64,000 bases of DNA from Methanobacteriota archaeon (GTDB lineage: Archaea; Methanobacteriota; Methanobacteria; Methanobacteriales; Methanobacteriaceae), in NCBI GenBank assembly GCA_963787255.1, contig CAWBCJ010000029.1, forward strand, positions 928,001 through 992,000, in the 5' to 3' direction. Both the position numbers and the translations under genes were made by a program. The notes under the pieces are model-generated. The model saw nothing but the letters and a program-made list of their open reading frames with translations. It made no database searches and was not told the origin of the DNA. Shown here in pieces: positions 9,690 through 19,719 of this stretch (its first letter is position 1; each line of letters begins with the position of its first letter).

Positions 9690-10445
9690 ATGTTAAATGA
9701 GGCTGAAATTTACAGTAAAGAGATGGATGAAATTAAAACAAAACTTGCAACCATCCACAGGGATATAAAAAATCTCATGGAAAACACCAATCAACAATAT
9801 CTTGATTTAATACTTTCAAACTCAAAAAAAGACTTTATCAACGCATTAAATGGCTATATTAGTCAGGACATCCAAAATGGTCTTGAAAAAGGAATGATAG
9901 ACAAGTGCGAAACGAAAGAAGAATGTAAACAAGTATTTTCATCATTCTTACTCAAAAATGCAGGCCTTATAAACCATGATAAAATCCCTGAAGAAACATT
10001 AATGGAAAATAAGGCAGAATTTAACAAAATTAAAGATGAAGCGCCGTACCAAAAGTGTGAAATTTGCTTTGAAGAAGCAAATAACCTTTTTGAAAAACAG
10101 CTAAGTTTAATGCGTTCTATGTGTATTTATAGCACTTCTGAAGAGAAAAAGCAGGATATATGCTCAATTTGCGAAGAAACCATGGTTAAGGACGTGCTTG
10201 AACCATTATCCAACAAACAAAGGCTTCAAATTTTAAAGGCCATGTCCAGTGAAACAAGAACTTTCTCTGCCCTATCTGAAATAACTAGCCTAAAAGGCGG
10301 TAATCTACTTTTTCATCTTCAAAAACTGCTTGATAGAGATATAATTATCCAACGCCACGAAAGAGGCGATTATATGCTAACTGACAAAGGATACAAACTA
10401 CTGGTAGTTTTAAGCGAAGTTTATGTACTTCTAGATGGAAAATAA
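9690..10445 (+). CDS. ArsR-like regulator with C-terminal winged HTH and Cys-rich N-terminal domain
   Basis: LEPLSNKQRLQIL, GGNLLFHLQKL, YMLTDKG wHTH; CETKEEC, CEIC and CSIC clusters; TTTATTA box about 25 nt upstream suggests a leaderless transcript. Confidence 0.85.
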   Translation: MLNEAEIYSKEMDEIKTKLATIHRDIKNLMENTNQQYLDLILSNSKKDFINALNGYISQDIQNGLEKGMIDKCETKEECKQVFSSFLLKNAGLINHDKIPEETLMENKAEFNKIKDEAPYQKCEICFEEANNLFEKQLSLMRSMCIYSTSEEKKQDICSICEETMVKDVLEPLSNKQRLQILKAMSSETRTFSALSEITSLKGGNLLFHLQKLLDRDIIIQRHERGDYMLTDKGYKLLVVLSEVYVLLDGK

Positions 10446-10467
10446 CTTTTTTTATGATATTTTAATA

Positions 10468-11139
10468 TTAAAGGCCATTATTTGCAGTAAAAAGGGCAGA
10501 TTTATACAAATTTTCCCTAACATCTGGTACAATTCCTTCTAAAAATGTTAAAAAATCCTCAGGAGTCTCATAATTTTGATTCAATTCCTCATGAGGTTTA
10601 TTTTCAATCCATGAGCATATCCATGCCTTTGGAATGTTTATCAGTGGATAAATCATTTTTTTGTCATCAAAAAGCTCAATAGAGCTTAATAACTCGATTT
10701 TTTCTCCACTCATCATTGAATTAATAATATTCCCCGTCTCATGGTCAAGTGTAAGTGCTAATGCAATTGAATCGATATTTAAACCCATTGATTCGCTAAT
10801 AGCGTTACCAAAAACAAGTTTAATCCCATACTTTCGTTGATATGGTTCTAAAATTACATGAAGCGCAAAATTAAGGGGATCATCATTTTTAACCAAAAAA
10901 ATTTTCTCTTTAGGGCGAATGCTGTGTGCTAGATTTCTTGAAGCCCTTGTGCAGATTTTCTGAAATATCTTCGACCGCACCACTTCCATTTCAGGATAAA
11001 CATTCAAAAATACCCATTCCTTTTTCCTTGAAAATCTGGAAAACTTTAAATTATTTATAAATATCTTATTTTCCATTATGCTTACAAATCTTGTGTCTAC
11101 ACCCGTTTTTTGTAAAAATTTGACCAGATCTCTGTCCAT
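10468..11139 (-). CDS. Conserved hypothetical protein, degenerate TtcA/PP-loop-like
   Basis: IALALTLDHE and IYPLINIP resemble TtcA/Ctu motifs; no SGGxDS or CxxC. Confidence 0.5.
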   Translation of the reverse strand: MDRDLVKFLQKTGVDTRFVSIMENKIFINNLKFSRFSRKKEWVFLNVYPEMEVVRSKIFQKICTRASRNLAHSIRPKEKIFLVKNDDPLNFALHVILEPYQRKYGIKLVFGNAISESMGLNIDSIALALTLDHETGNIINSMMSGEKIELLSSIELFDDKKMIYPLINIPKAWICSWIENKPHEELNQNYETPEDFLTFLEGIVPDVRENLYKSALFTANNGL

Positions 11140-11506
11140 TATATCACATTTAATATAATAATCTATTTTTAAATTTAATAGTTCTGTAAGCTACCAATTA
11201 TTTCTTTTTTTAAGTTTATAGAATATTATCTTTTTATTTTTTCATATTTATTTACTGTTTAATTTATTTATTTTACTTACAATCTTTGGAACTAGAAATA
11301 AAACTTATTTTGTTATTTATTTGGTTCTACTGATAATTCAAGGATTAATATTGATTTACACTTTCCTATTATGTATCTATTATTCACAAGTTAAAAAAAT
11401 ACAATCAGTTAGACGGCGAAATTTTAGAAACTAATGGCGATAATCCCCTAATTAAAATAAAAAATTTTTTATATATTTAAAAAGAAATCATATAAATGGG
11501 ATTATA

Positions 11507-12436
11507 ATGCTTAAATTGTTCGGTAAGAAATCAAAAGAAAAAGAGAGGGATATTCTGGAGTTAGATATTTCAGAACCGGTTGATTGTCTTTGTGATTTTA
11601 CATATAATTTTTACTGGCAGCATAAAGGGGAAAAACTCCAGCCAGAATGGAAAATTTCAGGAAATGAAATTACTTTTAAGGATCTAGTGGAACATCTTAA
11701 AAAAGGCGGTTCAGTAAAAATAAAGGGCAATATAGGGCACCGCTTATGCTCCAGCATGGGTGTAGATATAAAATATTTCGGCGGAAGCGGTAAAGAAACC
11801 GACGTTGGAGATGTAATTGTTGATGGTGACGTAGATACTCGAATGGGAATAAGCATGGTCAAAGGGAGTATCTATGTTAAAGGAAAGGTTAAAGAGCCTT
11901 TTGGAAATTTAGTTGAAGTTAAATCAGATATGAAAAACTATAAAAAGTTTAAGTCTATAACTGACCTTGTAATGAATGGTCTTAATGGAGAAAAACTGAA
12001 AGGAAGTCAAATAACAGTTAATGGCATTTTCATAAACGATGGGGTTGTTAGAGATACTGTAGGCTCCAGGCTGGATAAAGAAGCGGAAATAATTGTAAAT
12101 GGAAATGTTGATTTAAGTACAGGGATTTTAATGCGAAAGGGTACTGTAAGGGTCAATGGTAACGCTGGTAAAAACACAGGAGCTTTATTAAACGGTGGAA
12201 CAGTTGTTATAAATGGTAAATGTGATGATTTTACAGGTATAGATATGATTAAAGGCACAATAATTGTAAACGGAAATGCAGGGAAGTTCCTAGTCGCTAA
12301 TAAAAAGAGTGGAGTTGTTTTTTCTAGAAATGGAAGTCCAATACCTCCGGCAAGTGAAAAAGATCTCTTAAGTGAAGATAGTGCAATGCTTGTTAAATTT
12401 GGATTCAATCCAAGGGAATTTAAAAAATTTGAGTAA
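11507..12436 (+). CDS. GXGXG beta-helix protein (FwdC / glutamate synthase C-terminal-like)
   Basis: Repeated V/IxGxAG and GxxMxxGxI turns in two modules. Confidence 0.8.
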   Translation: MLKLFGKKSKEKERDILELDISEPVDCLCDFTYNFYWQHKGEKLQPEWKISGNEITFKDLVEHLKKGGSVKIKGNIGHRLCSSMGVDIKYFGGSGKETDVGDVIVDGDVDTRMGISMVKGSIYVKGKVKEPFGNLVEVKSDMKNYKKFKSITDLVMNGLNGEKLKGSQITVNGIFINDGVVRDTVGSRLDKEAEIIVNGNVDLSTGILMRKGTVRVNGNAGKNTGALLNGGTVVINGKCDDFTGIDMIKGTIIVNGNAGKFLVANKKSGVVFSRNGSPIPPASEKDLLSEDSAMLVKFGFNPREFKKFE

Positions 12437-12559
12437 TGATTTTTTTTTACATATTCAATAACTTTTAATTATACGAATAACTATTCAATTTAGGAATGAT
12501 TTTTGAAATAAAATTTATGATATACATTTAATCTAATGAATATTTTTAGGAGTAATTTC

Positions 12560-13168
12560 ATGATAAGCATTATTGATTACGTAAGTCAAGTTGCAATTAA
12601 TCTTATAGAGTATTTGGGATACTGGGGAGTATTTTTAGGAATGACTTTAGAAAGTGCATGTATTCCGCTTCCAAGTGAAGTAATAATGCCATTTGCCGGA
12701 TTTGTTGTTTGGGAAGGAAAAATGACCCTTTTGGGAATAACAATTGCCGGAGTTCTTGGAAATTTACTTGGCTCATGGATAGCATATTTTGTCGGATTAA
12801 AAGGTGGAAGACCATTTTTAGAAAAATATGGCAAATATTTCCTTATAAGCCACAAAAAGCTTGATATGGCCCACGATTGGTTTGAAAGATATGGCCACGA
12901 GGCAGTTTTTATAAGCAGAATGCTGCCGATTATACGAACTTTCATTTCCCTTCCTGCAGGTATAGCTGAAATGAACTTTAAAAAATTCAGTATTTACACA
13001 TTATTAGGTTGTATCCCATGGGTTCTTTTTTTAGGTTACGTAGGAGTATTTCTAGGGCCGCACTGGGAGACCATAAGGAGTTACTTCCATATTTTGGATA
13101 TAGTTGTTGGAATAGGAATTGTGGTGGCTATTATTTACATTATATACCACTACCGGGTTAAGGATTAA
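12560..13168 (+). CDS. DedA family membrane protein
   Basis: LESACIPLPSEVIMPFAG and SRMLPIIRTFISLPAG; AGGAGT SD before ATG 12560. Confidence 0.92.
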   Translation: MISIIDYVSQVAINLIEYLGYWGVFLGMTLESACIPLPSEVIMPFAGFVVWEGKMTLLGITIAGVLGNLLGSWIAYFVGLKGGRPFLEKYGKYFLISHKKLDMAHDWFERYGHEAVFISRMLPIIRTFISLPAGIAEMNFKKFSIYTLLGCIPWVLFLGYVGVFLGPHWETIRSYFHILDIVVGIGIVVAIIYIIYHYRVKD

Positions 13169-13194
13169 AATAAATAAATTAAGTTCTTTTTCTA

Positions 13195-13545
13195 TCAGTA
13201 TCTTAAAACAAGAATTGATGCAATTATCATATATACAACAACTCCGGCAGCCAGCGAAATTCCAAAATTATATTTAGGAATTAAATACAGGACTATAATT
13301 AAATATAGAATCCAGGCGGGTGTAAGTATAAGTAAACCTTTGACATAATATGCCACAGCTTCTGAGCCAGCTGCAGAATATATTGTAAATATAGTAAAAG
13401 CCGTTACAAATGGAAACATCGCAAAAAACGCTGCAATTAACCCTTTTTTCTCACTTCCAAAGTAGGTGGCTAAAGTTACTATTAATCCACCTAAAATAAA
13501 ATATATTAAATATTTTAAAGCTTCTCCCATCATAAAAATAACCAT
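13195..13545 (-). CDS. Small 4-TM membrane protein (DUF3147/GlpM-like)
   Basis: Four hydrophobic segments; YFILGGLIV and AAFFAMFP pattern. Confidence 0.65.
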   Translation of the reverse strand: MVIFMMGEALKYLIYFILGGLIVTLATYFGSEKKGLIAAFFAMFPFVTAFTIFTIYSAAGSEAVAYYVKGLLILTPAWILYLIIVLYLIPKYNFGISLAAGVVVYMIIASILVLRY

Positions 13546-13708
13546 AACAATTTAGAGCTCTGATTATAATATGATCTAAGTAATAATTATATTTTATTTG
13601 TTAGTAAATTTAATAATCCTAAAAATAGTTCTGCTATTAGTTACAATAATATTTAATAAGGCATCTTTAAACATTAAGATAATATATTTAAAAAAATTTG
13701 GTGTTAAA

Positions 13709-14671
13709 ATGAAAATTTCAAGTACATGGAAGTTGAATCTCAGATTATTGCTTGCAGGAGCACTGCTTTTTGTTCTGATTTATGTTATAATAGCTGCAGT
13801 TGGCTATTACTTTGGATTTGGAGGACCACTAATCTATGGAATTTTTTTAGGAGTCTGGGTTTTAGCTCAGTATTTGCTAGGTCCGAAGATGGTTGAGGCC
13901 ACAATGAAGGTGAGATATGTTTCAGAAGCAGAAGCTCCAAAACTGCATCAAATGGTGGAAGATTTAGCAGTTAAAGCAGGTATTCCAAAACCAAAAATTG
14001 GAATTTCTGAAACCAGTGTACCAAACGCTTTTGCATTTGGAAAAAGTAAAGGAGACGGCCGTATATGTATTACAAGGGGAATTTTAAATTTATTAAACGA
14101 AAATGAACTTAAAGCAGTTTTAGGTCATGAAATGTCCCATATTAACCACAGCGACATGATAGTTATGACTTTAATAAGTGTTGTACCTCTTATTTGTTAC
14201 TTCATCTTCATCAGCACCCTCTTTTCAGATGGAGACCGGGAAGGGGGAACTGCAATAATTGGTATCGGAGCTTTAGTTGCTTATTTCATTAGTAATTTGC
14301 TCGTGCTCTTTGTATCTCGTGTTAGAGAATACTATGCGGATGAGGGAAGTGTTGAATTGGGAAATCAGCCAAATCATCTTGCAAGTGCACTTTATAAATT
14401 GGTTTACGGCTCTGCAAGGGCTAATAAAGATGAATTGAAGGAAGTGGAGGGCTTAAAAGCATTTTTTGTAAATGACATTTCAGATGCAAAAAATGAAATA
14501 GAAAGTCTTAAATCAATGGATTTAGATATGGATGGTTCTATAAGTGAAAGTGAACTTGCACAGATTAAATATACTGAAACAAGAGTTGGTTCAGGCGCTA
14601 AAATCATGGAATTATTTTCAACTCATCCTAATATGGTGAAAAGAGTTAAAAGACTCGCAGAAATGAGCTAA
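13709..14671 (+). CDS. htpX: Zinc metalloprotease HtpX (M48) with EF-hand-like insert
   Basis: PNAFAFG, HEMSH, SRVREYYAD, FSTHP; start reassigned to ATG 13709. Confidence 0.92.
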   Translation: MKISSTWKLNLRLLLAGALLFVLIYVIIAAVGYYFGFGGPLIYGIFLGVWVLAQYLLGPKMVEATMKVRYVSEAEAPKLHQMVEDLAVKAGIPKPKIGISETSVPNAFAFGKSKGDGRICITRGILNLLNENELKAVLGHEMSHINHSDMIVMTLISVVPLICYFIFISTLFSDGDREGGTAIIGIGALVAYFISNLLVLFVSRVREYYADEGSVELGNQPNHLASALYKLVYGSARANKDELKEVEGLKAFFVNDISDAKNEIESLKSMDLDMDGSISESELAQIKYTETRVGSGAKIMELFSTHPNMVKRVKRLAEMS

Positions 14672-14762
14672 TTAACTTCATTTTTTTTTAAAAGAACACT
14701 ATTAAGATCTATTTTTGGAAATGTTGAAAAGACTGTTAATTAAAGATTCAGATTATTATATC

Positions 14763-14960
14763 CTATTTTTTAATTATTTCCTGCACTCGACCTATCTGTC
14801 CGTCTTGCAGTCTTACTTTTATTCCATGGGGATGGAATGAAGAATTAGTCAGTATGTCCTTAACAAAACCTCGAGTTTTTCTTCCAGTACGCTGGTCTTT
14901 TTTTAAAACGATGTAAACCTCGATTCCCGGAGATATATTTTTTCTATTTTTTCCATCCAT
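14763..14960 (-). CDS. YwbE family protein (DUF2196)
   Basis: IVLKKDQRTG and ILTNSSFHPHGIKVRLQDGQIGRV signature. Confidence 0.9.
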   Translation of the reverse strand: MDGKNRKNISPGIEVYIVLKKDQRTGRKTRGFVKDILTNSSFHPHGIKVRLQDGQIGRVQEIIKK

Positions 14961-15019
14961 TTAATACACCTTTAACTCATATTAAAATAAAAAATATTGT
15001 GGATTCTTTTAAATCCACA

Positions 15020-15655
15020 TCAATAAATCTTTACCACTCCAACGATGTTTTCACGAGGGAGCCAAGTATCTAGAGGGGTCTTTTTAAAGGTATCAATTTC
15101 CACGAGACCGTTACCAAGATTCTTTTCCGTGGTAAAATATTCCACATTTCGGTTATCGCTCATTAAATAGACCCTATTATCTTCTATTTTCTTTAATCGT
15201 TTTACAATCAACCCATAATCTGGATGTATGGCCACTACGATGTCATCTACCTTATAATCCTTGGTTTTAAGTACAATTATGCTCTGACCATCTTTTAGTG
15301 TTGGAACCATTGATGTACCGCTTACTGTGGCCGGCATGGGGAGTTGGTTAGTTCCAAACTGGGAATTAATAGTAACTGTTGCCGTGTAATTATACTTTTT
15401 AGCAATGGCATTCATATCATTTCCAATGCTTTCCACTGTACTATTTGATTCAATTATTTGTTCTGCGGCCTTTTGCTGCATTTCATCCTTCATTCCCACA
15501 GGAGTGATGAAAATGGATGATATTTTTACGGTGGTTTCAGAACCATTAGTATCGATGGTTACTCCAACGCTGTTGGTGCTCTGCATTACAAATGCAGAAG
15601 CAGCTATAATTCCTATAATAATTATTCCTATAATTATCCATGTACGTGATTTCAA
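15020..15655 (-). CDS. Membrane-anchored S24/S26 family peptidase
   Basis: N-terminal TM helix; SGTSMVPTL, IVKR and SDN motifs (Ser/Lys dyad). Confidence 0.8.
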   Translation of the reverse strand: MKSRTWIIIGIIIIGIIAASAFVMQSTNSVGVTIDTNGSETTVKISSIFITPVGMKDEMQQKAAEQIIESNSTVESIGNDMNAIAKKYNYTATVTINSQFGTNQLPMPATVSGTSMVPTLKDGQSIIVLKTKDYKVDDIVVAIHPDYGLIVKRLKKIEDNRVYLMSDNRNVEYFTTEKNLGNGLVEIDTFKKTPLDTWLPRENIVGVVKIY

Positions 15656-16323
15656 TCAATCACCGCCAATTTTTGTAAGATATCTTTAGTAGTTTGAATA
15701 TCCAACTGTCCTGGTGCGGATTCCTTGCCAATTGATGCAAATGTAATGGGTGATCCGAAAATTGGAGCTACTAATCTTGTGTATTTTCCAATTTCTCCCA
15801 TTGCAATTCCAATGGTGTTATGTACCTCGGATAACACATTTAAAACAGTTAAAGTATCTTTATTGTTATTGGGCATTACTGCAAACTTTGCAATGTCTCC
15901 AATTTCTTTTTCTTTCTTTACCACGTCCAAAAGTTCTGCAAAAGAAGGAGTTTTTTTGAAATCATGATATGATATTATTGATGATTTTGAAGCTTTTATA
16001 ACTTTTTCTTGCAGCTTATTCTCTGTATGGAGCTCTATATCTACAATATCTGCATTTTTAGCTGCTTTTATTAAAATTGAAATCCTTTCTTCTTCTGAAC
16101 CATTGAAAAAACCGCCTTCACTTTTCATGCGGTTAGTGGCAATTAAGGGGTAGTTAATTTCTTCAATGAGGTTTTGAACGTCGTTAGCATCAGGATTTTC
16201 CAGTGCATCGATTCTAAATTCAAGAATATCTGCGCCTAAGTCAATTGCTTTTTTTGCAGATTGAAGTACTGATTCAGATTTTTTTTCAAGAATTGGAGCA
16301 CAAATCATTGGTTTTTTAAACAT
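15652..16323 (-). CDS. aroD: Type I 3-dehydroquinate dehydratase
   Basis: EFRID, TNR..EGG, SYHDF..TP, DIAKFAVMP, APGQ. Confidence 0.95.
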   Translation of the reverse strand: MFKKPMICAPILEKKSESVLQSAKKAIDLGADILEFRIDALENPDANDVQNLIEEINYPLIATNRMKSEGGFFNGSEEERISILIKAAKNADIVDIELHTENKLQEKVIKASKSSIISYHDFKKTPSFAELLDVVKKEKEIGDIAKFAVMPNNNKDTLTVLNVLSEVHNTIGIAMGEIGKYTRLVAPIFGSPITFASIGKESAPGQLDIQTTKDILQKLAVID

Positions 16324-16698
16324 CAGTAATACCTTTTTAATTTTTTATTTAATGTTGGTCTAATTAAATTTACGTATCAATCAATAAATTAATAGATAGT
16401 TTATCTAAATTTTCGCCATATTAATTTATTTAAATCTTGTGAATAACATTAATAAATTCGCAAATCTATAAAAAGAAGTTCATTGAAATATAGCTTATAT
16501 AATATTAAGGTACGTTCATGACTTTAAGATAGTGCAAAAAACATTTCATGCATTGATATTTAGTGTAAGTTTAATTAAACACATGATTTATTTGAATTAC
16601 TTGATAAATCTTTCAGGGAATCAAATAAAAGTTCATTAAATGTTATACTTGAAAATTGAAGGCGAGTGTTATTAAGTTTAATTATTAAGGGTGATTAT

Positions 16699-17436
16699 TT
16701 GAAATTAACTGCAATTGGTGCAGATGTCTCAATAAATGATGTTTCATGCAGTAAATCTCTTATCTGTAGTATAGAAAAGGATATTTCAACTCTAATAGAT
16801 GTGGGGGCATATAAAGCAGCTTTAACTAATGTTACAGGAGATGACCTGGTTATAAGTGCTTTTGTTGAAAATGATATGCTTGAATCCGTTAATTCGGGAA
16901 TAATTGAAATATTAAAGAAAAACGCTGAAAATCTTGGTGATGTGGCAGGAATATCAGATTCTCCTTTGGAAGCTGGGGAAGGTATTTCTTACGCTGAAGC
17001 AAAAATAAGGCAAGATAGATATCCTGATGCTGTAATAGTTGCATTTGATACATACGGTGGAGAGGAAATTGTTGGAAAAGTTGCAGATTCAGTGATGAAA
17101 GCAGCAAAAGGTATGGATGATGTAAATGATATTGGAGGCGGCGCTGTGGAAGGAACACTAAAAATACCGGGCGTAGGTTATGTTTCAAACCAGACTGATG
17201 ATCCAGTAGTAATTGCAACAATAGACAATATAGAAAGTGTAGGCATCGTAGCGGGTGCAATGATTGGCGCTGCTCTTGGAAATCAACATGTACGCCTTGT
17301 TCGGAGCAGAACACCATCTTATTTAATACCAAGAGGCGTTATAATGTCAGTTACAGCATTTATGAATGGGAATGTTATGGATTTAGCTCTTCCTTTATCA
17401 GAAAGGATGAGAGTTTTTGGAGATGTGAATAAATGA
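16699..17436 (+). CDS. Conserved hypothetical protein overlapping the sucD start
   Basis: Long ORF with GGTGA SD before TTG 16699; stop overlaps the sucD ATG; no recognised motif. Confidence 0.75.
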   Translation: MKLTAIGADVSINDVSCSKSLICSIEKDISTLIDVGAYKAALTNVTGDDLVISAFVENDMLESVNSGIIEILKKNAENLGDVAGISDSPLEAGEGISYAEAKIRQDRYPDAVIVAFDTYGGEEIVGKVADSVMKAAKGMDDVNDIGGGAVEGTLKIPGVGYVSNQTDDPVVIATIDNIESVGIVAGAMIGAALGNQHVRLVRSRTPSYLIPRGVIMSVTAFMNGNVMDLALPLSERMRVFGDVNK

Positions 17437-18293
17437 TAATTCTTGACGGGAATACAAGATGCATTGTGCAGGGAATTACCGGAAAGCAGGGATCTTTCCA
17501 TACAGAGCAGATGCTGAACTACAACACAAAAATTGTGGCAGGAACATCCCCTGGAAAGGGAGGCCAGAAATTTAGTTCTGTGAATGTCTATAACTCCATA
17601 GAAGAAGCAAAAGAAGAATTAGACATTAATACGTCAATTATTTTTATTCCAGCGCCATTTGCAAAGGATGCTGCATTTGAAGCAATTTCACAACTTGATA
17701 CTGTAATTATAATTACAGAACACATTCCAGTTCATGATACCATGGAAATTGTTGAATACGCTAAAAGGAAAGATACAACCTTGATAGGACCTAATACTCC
17801 CGGAATAATTTCTCCAGGAGTTGGAAAGCTTGGAATAATGCCAACTCACATTTTTGATCCTGGAAACATTGGAATAGTCTCCAGAAGCGGTACACTCACC
17901 TATGAAGTGGCATATCAGGTTACAAATGCCGGAATGGGTCAAAGCACATGTTTAGGTATCGGAGGCGATCCTGTTGTTGGAATGGACTTTTCAGACGTTC
18001 TGCAGAGGTTTGAAGAAGATAATGAAACCGATGCAATGGTGATGATAGGTGAAATTGGTGGCAATGCTGAGGAAAAAGCTGCTGAGTATATAGACAAAAA
18101 TATATCAAAACCGGTTATAGCTTACATTGCAGGAGTCACTGCTCCCCCTGGGAAAAGGATGGGACATGCTGGCGCTATAATTGAAGGAGAAAGCGGGACT
18201 GCAGAAAGTAAAATGAACGCACTCAAAGCAGCAGGTGTAGAAGTTGCAAGCAGGCCTTCTGAAATCGTTAATATTATTAAAGGTATTTTATAA
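17433..18293 (+). CDS. sucD: Succinyl-CoA synthetase alpha subunit
   Basis: [28 protein letters not shown] and phospho-His motif RMGHAGA. Confidence 0.95.
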   Translation: MIILDGNTRCIVQGITGKQGSFHTEQMLNYNTKIVAGTSPGKGGQKFSSVNVYNSIEEAKEELDINTSIIFIPAPFAKDAAFEAISQLDTVIIITEHIPVHDTMEIVEYAKRKDTTLIGPNTPGIISPGVGKLGIMPTHIFDPGNIGIVSRSGTLTYEVAYQVTNAGMGQSTCLGIGGDPVVGMDFSDVLQRFEEDNETDAMVMIGEIGGNAEEKAAEYIDKNISKPVIAYIAGVTAPPGKRMGHAGAIIEGESGTAESKMNALKAAGVEVASRPSEIVNIIKGIL

Positions 18294-18478
18294 CGATATT
18301 TCAGCCTTTGTTGAAGTGGAAATATAATAGCAATAATATAATATTTATACCAATATTTCTAAAAGTTAATACTAAATATAAATTCATGCAACCAGGCAAA
18401 TAATATAAAAATCCACTAATTATATAAATTATAACTAAATTTTCAATTTAAACTTTTAAAAAACATATCGTGAGAATT

Positions 18479-19690
18479 ATGGTAAATGAAAGAGAAATAA
18501 TAGATAAATTAGTAAAAGGCGATATTAAACTTCATGAAATAGAAAAACATACTGAAAACGCTGACCAGGCAGTTGCAATCCGGAGAAAGTTTGCAGAAGA
18601 AATCAGCGGTGCAGAACTTAAAAATATTTCTAATTACTCAATTAACATGGAACTAGCATCCAAAAAGAACATTGAAAATTCGATAGGTGTTATTCAAATA
18701 CCTTTAGGTATTGCAGGTCCTTTAAAAGTTAAAGGAGACCATGCAGACGGAGAATTTTATGTGCCTCTTGCGACATCAGAAGGAGCACTTGTAGCATCTG
18801 TAAATAGAGGTTTTTCAGTTATATCCGAATCTGGTGGGGCTATTACAAAAATACTTGACGATAAGATGACAAGAGCACCTGTTTTAAAAGCCAAATCTGT
18901 AACAGACGCGCTTGAGATAAAAGCATGGATTAATGAAAACTTTAAAGAACTTAAAAAAGCTGCAGAAGTAACCACAAGGCATGGAAGACTTATAAAAATT
19001 GATCCTATACTTGTCATTGGAAAATATATTTATCCAAGGTTTGTATATACCACTGGAGACAGTATGGGGATGAACATGGTTACAATAGCCACTGAAGCGG
19101 CTTTAAACCTGTTGACATATAAAACAGGGGCACATTTAATTGCTTTAAGTGGAAACGCATGCGTTGATAAAAAACCATCATCATTAAACCTCATTGAAGG
19201 AAGAGGAAAAAGTGTAACAGCTGAAATAGTTGTTCCAAGGGCCATAGTTAAAAATAAGCTTAAAACAACCCCTGAAGCAATAGTTGAAGTTAATATAGCT
19301 AAAAATCTAATAGGATCTGCAGTTTCAGGCAGCATGGGTTTCAACGCTCACTACGCTAATATGATCGGAGCTATATTTTTAGCAACAGGACAGGACGAAG
19401 CGCATATAGTTGAAGGGAGCATAGGAATAACCACTGCAATGGTAGAAGATAATGGAGATCTTTATTTTGCAGTTACACTTCCTGACGTGCCTGTAGCAAC
19501 TGTTGGGGGAGGAACTAGCATTGAAACCGCAAGAGAATCCCTTGAAATAATGGGTGCTTATGGAAACGAAAAGGTTCATAAGTTTGCAGAAATCGTTGCT
19601 GGAACTGTTCTTGCTGGAGAACTTTCATTGATGGGCGCACTGGCAGCAGGGCATCTTGCAAGGGCCCATAAAGATTTGGGAAGGGCTTAA
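18479..19690 (+). CDS. hmgA: HMG-CoA reductase (NADPH, class I)
   Basis: ENSIG, PLATSEGALVAS, TGDSMGMNM, TGQD, ATVGGGT motifs. Confidence 0.95.
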   Translation: MVNEREIIDKLVKGDIKLHEIEKHTENADQAVAIRRKFAEEISGAELKNISNYSINMELASKKNIENSIGVIQIPLGIAGPLKVKGDHADGEFYVPLATSEGALVASVNRGFSVISESGGAITKILDDKMTRAPVLKAKSVTDALEIKAWINENFKELKKAAEVTTRHGRLIKIDPILVIGKYIYPRFVYTTGDSMGMNMVTIATEAALNLLTYKTGAHLIALSGNACVDKKPSSLNLIEGRGKSVTAEIVVPRAIVKNKLKTTPEAIVEVNIAKNLIGSAVSGSMGFNAHYANMIGAIFLATGQDEAHIVEGSIGITTAMVEDNGDLYFAVTLPDVPVATVGGGTSIETARESLEIMGAYGNEKVHKFAEIVAGTVLAGELSLMGALAAGHLARAHKDLGRA

Positions 19691-19719
19691 AAAAAACTTT
19701 AATTTATTATATATTTTAA

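Noticed and set aside
11408-11445. Repeated GGCGA-AAT motif upstream of the GXGXG gene, similar to a reverse copy near 16410
   Set aside because: Too short and compatible with ordinary BRE/TATA-like sequence.
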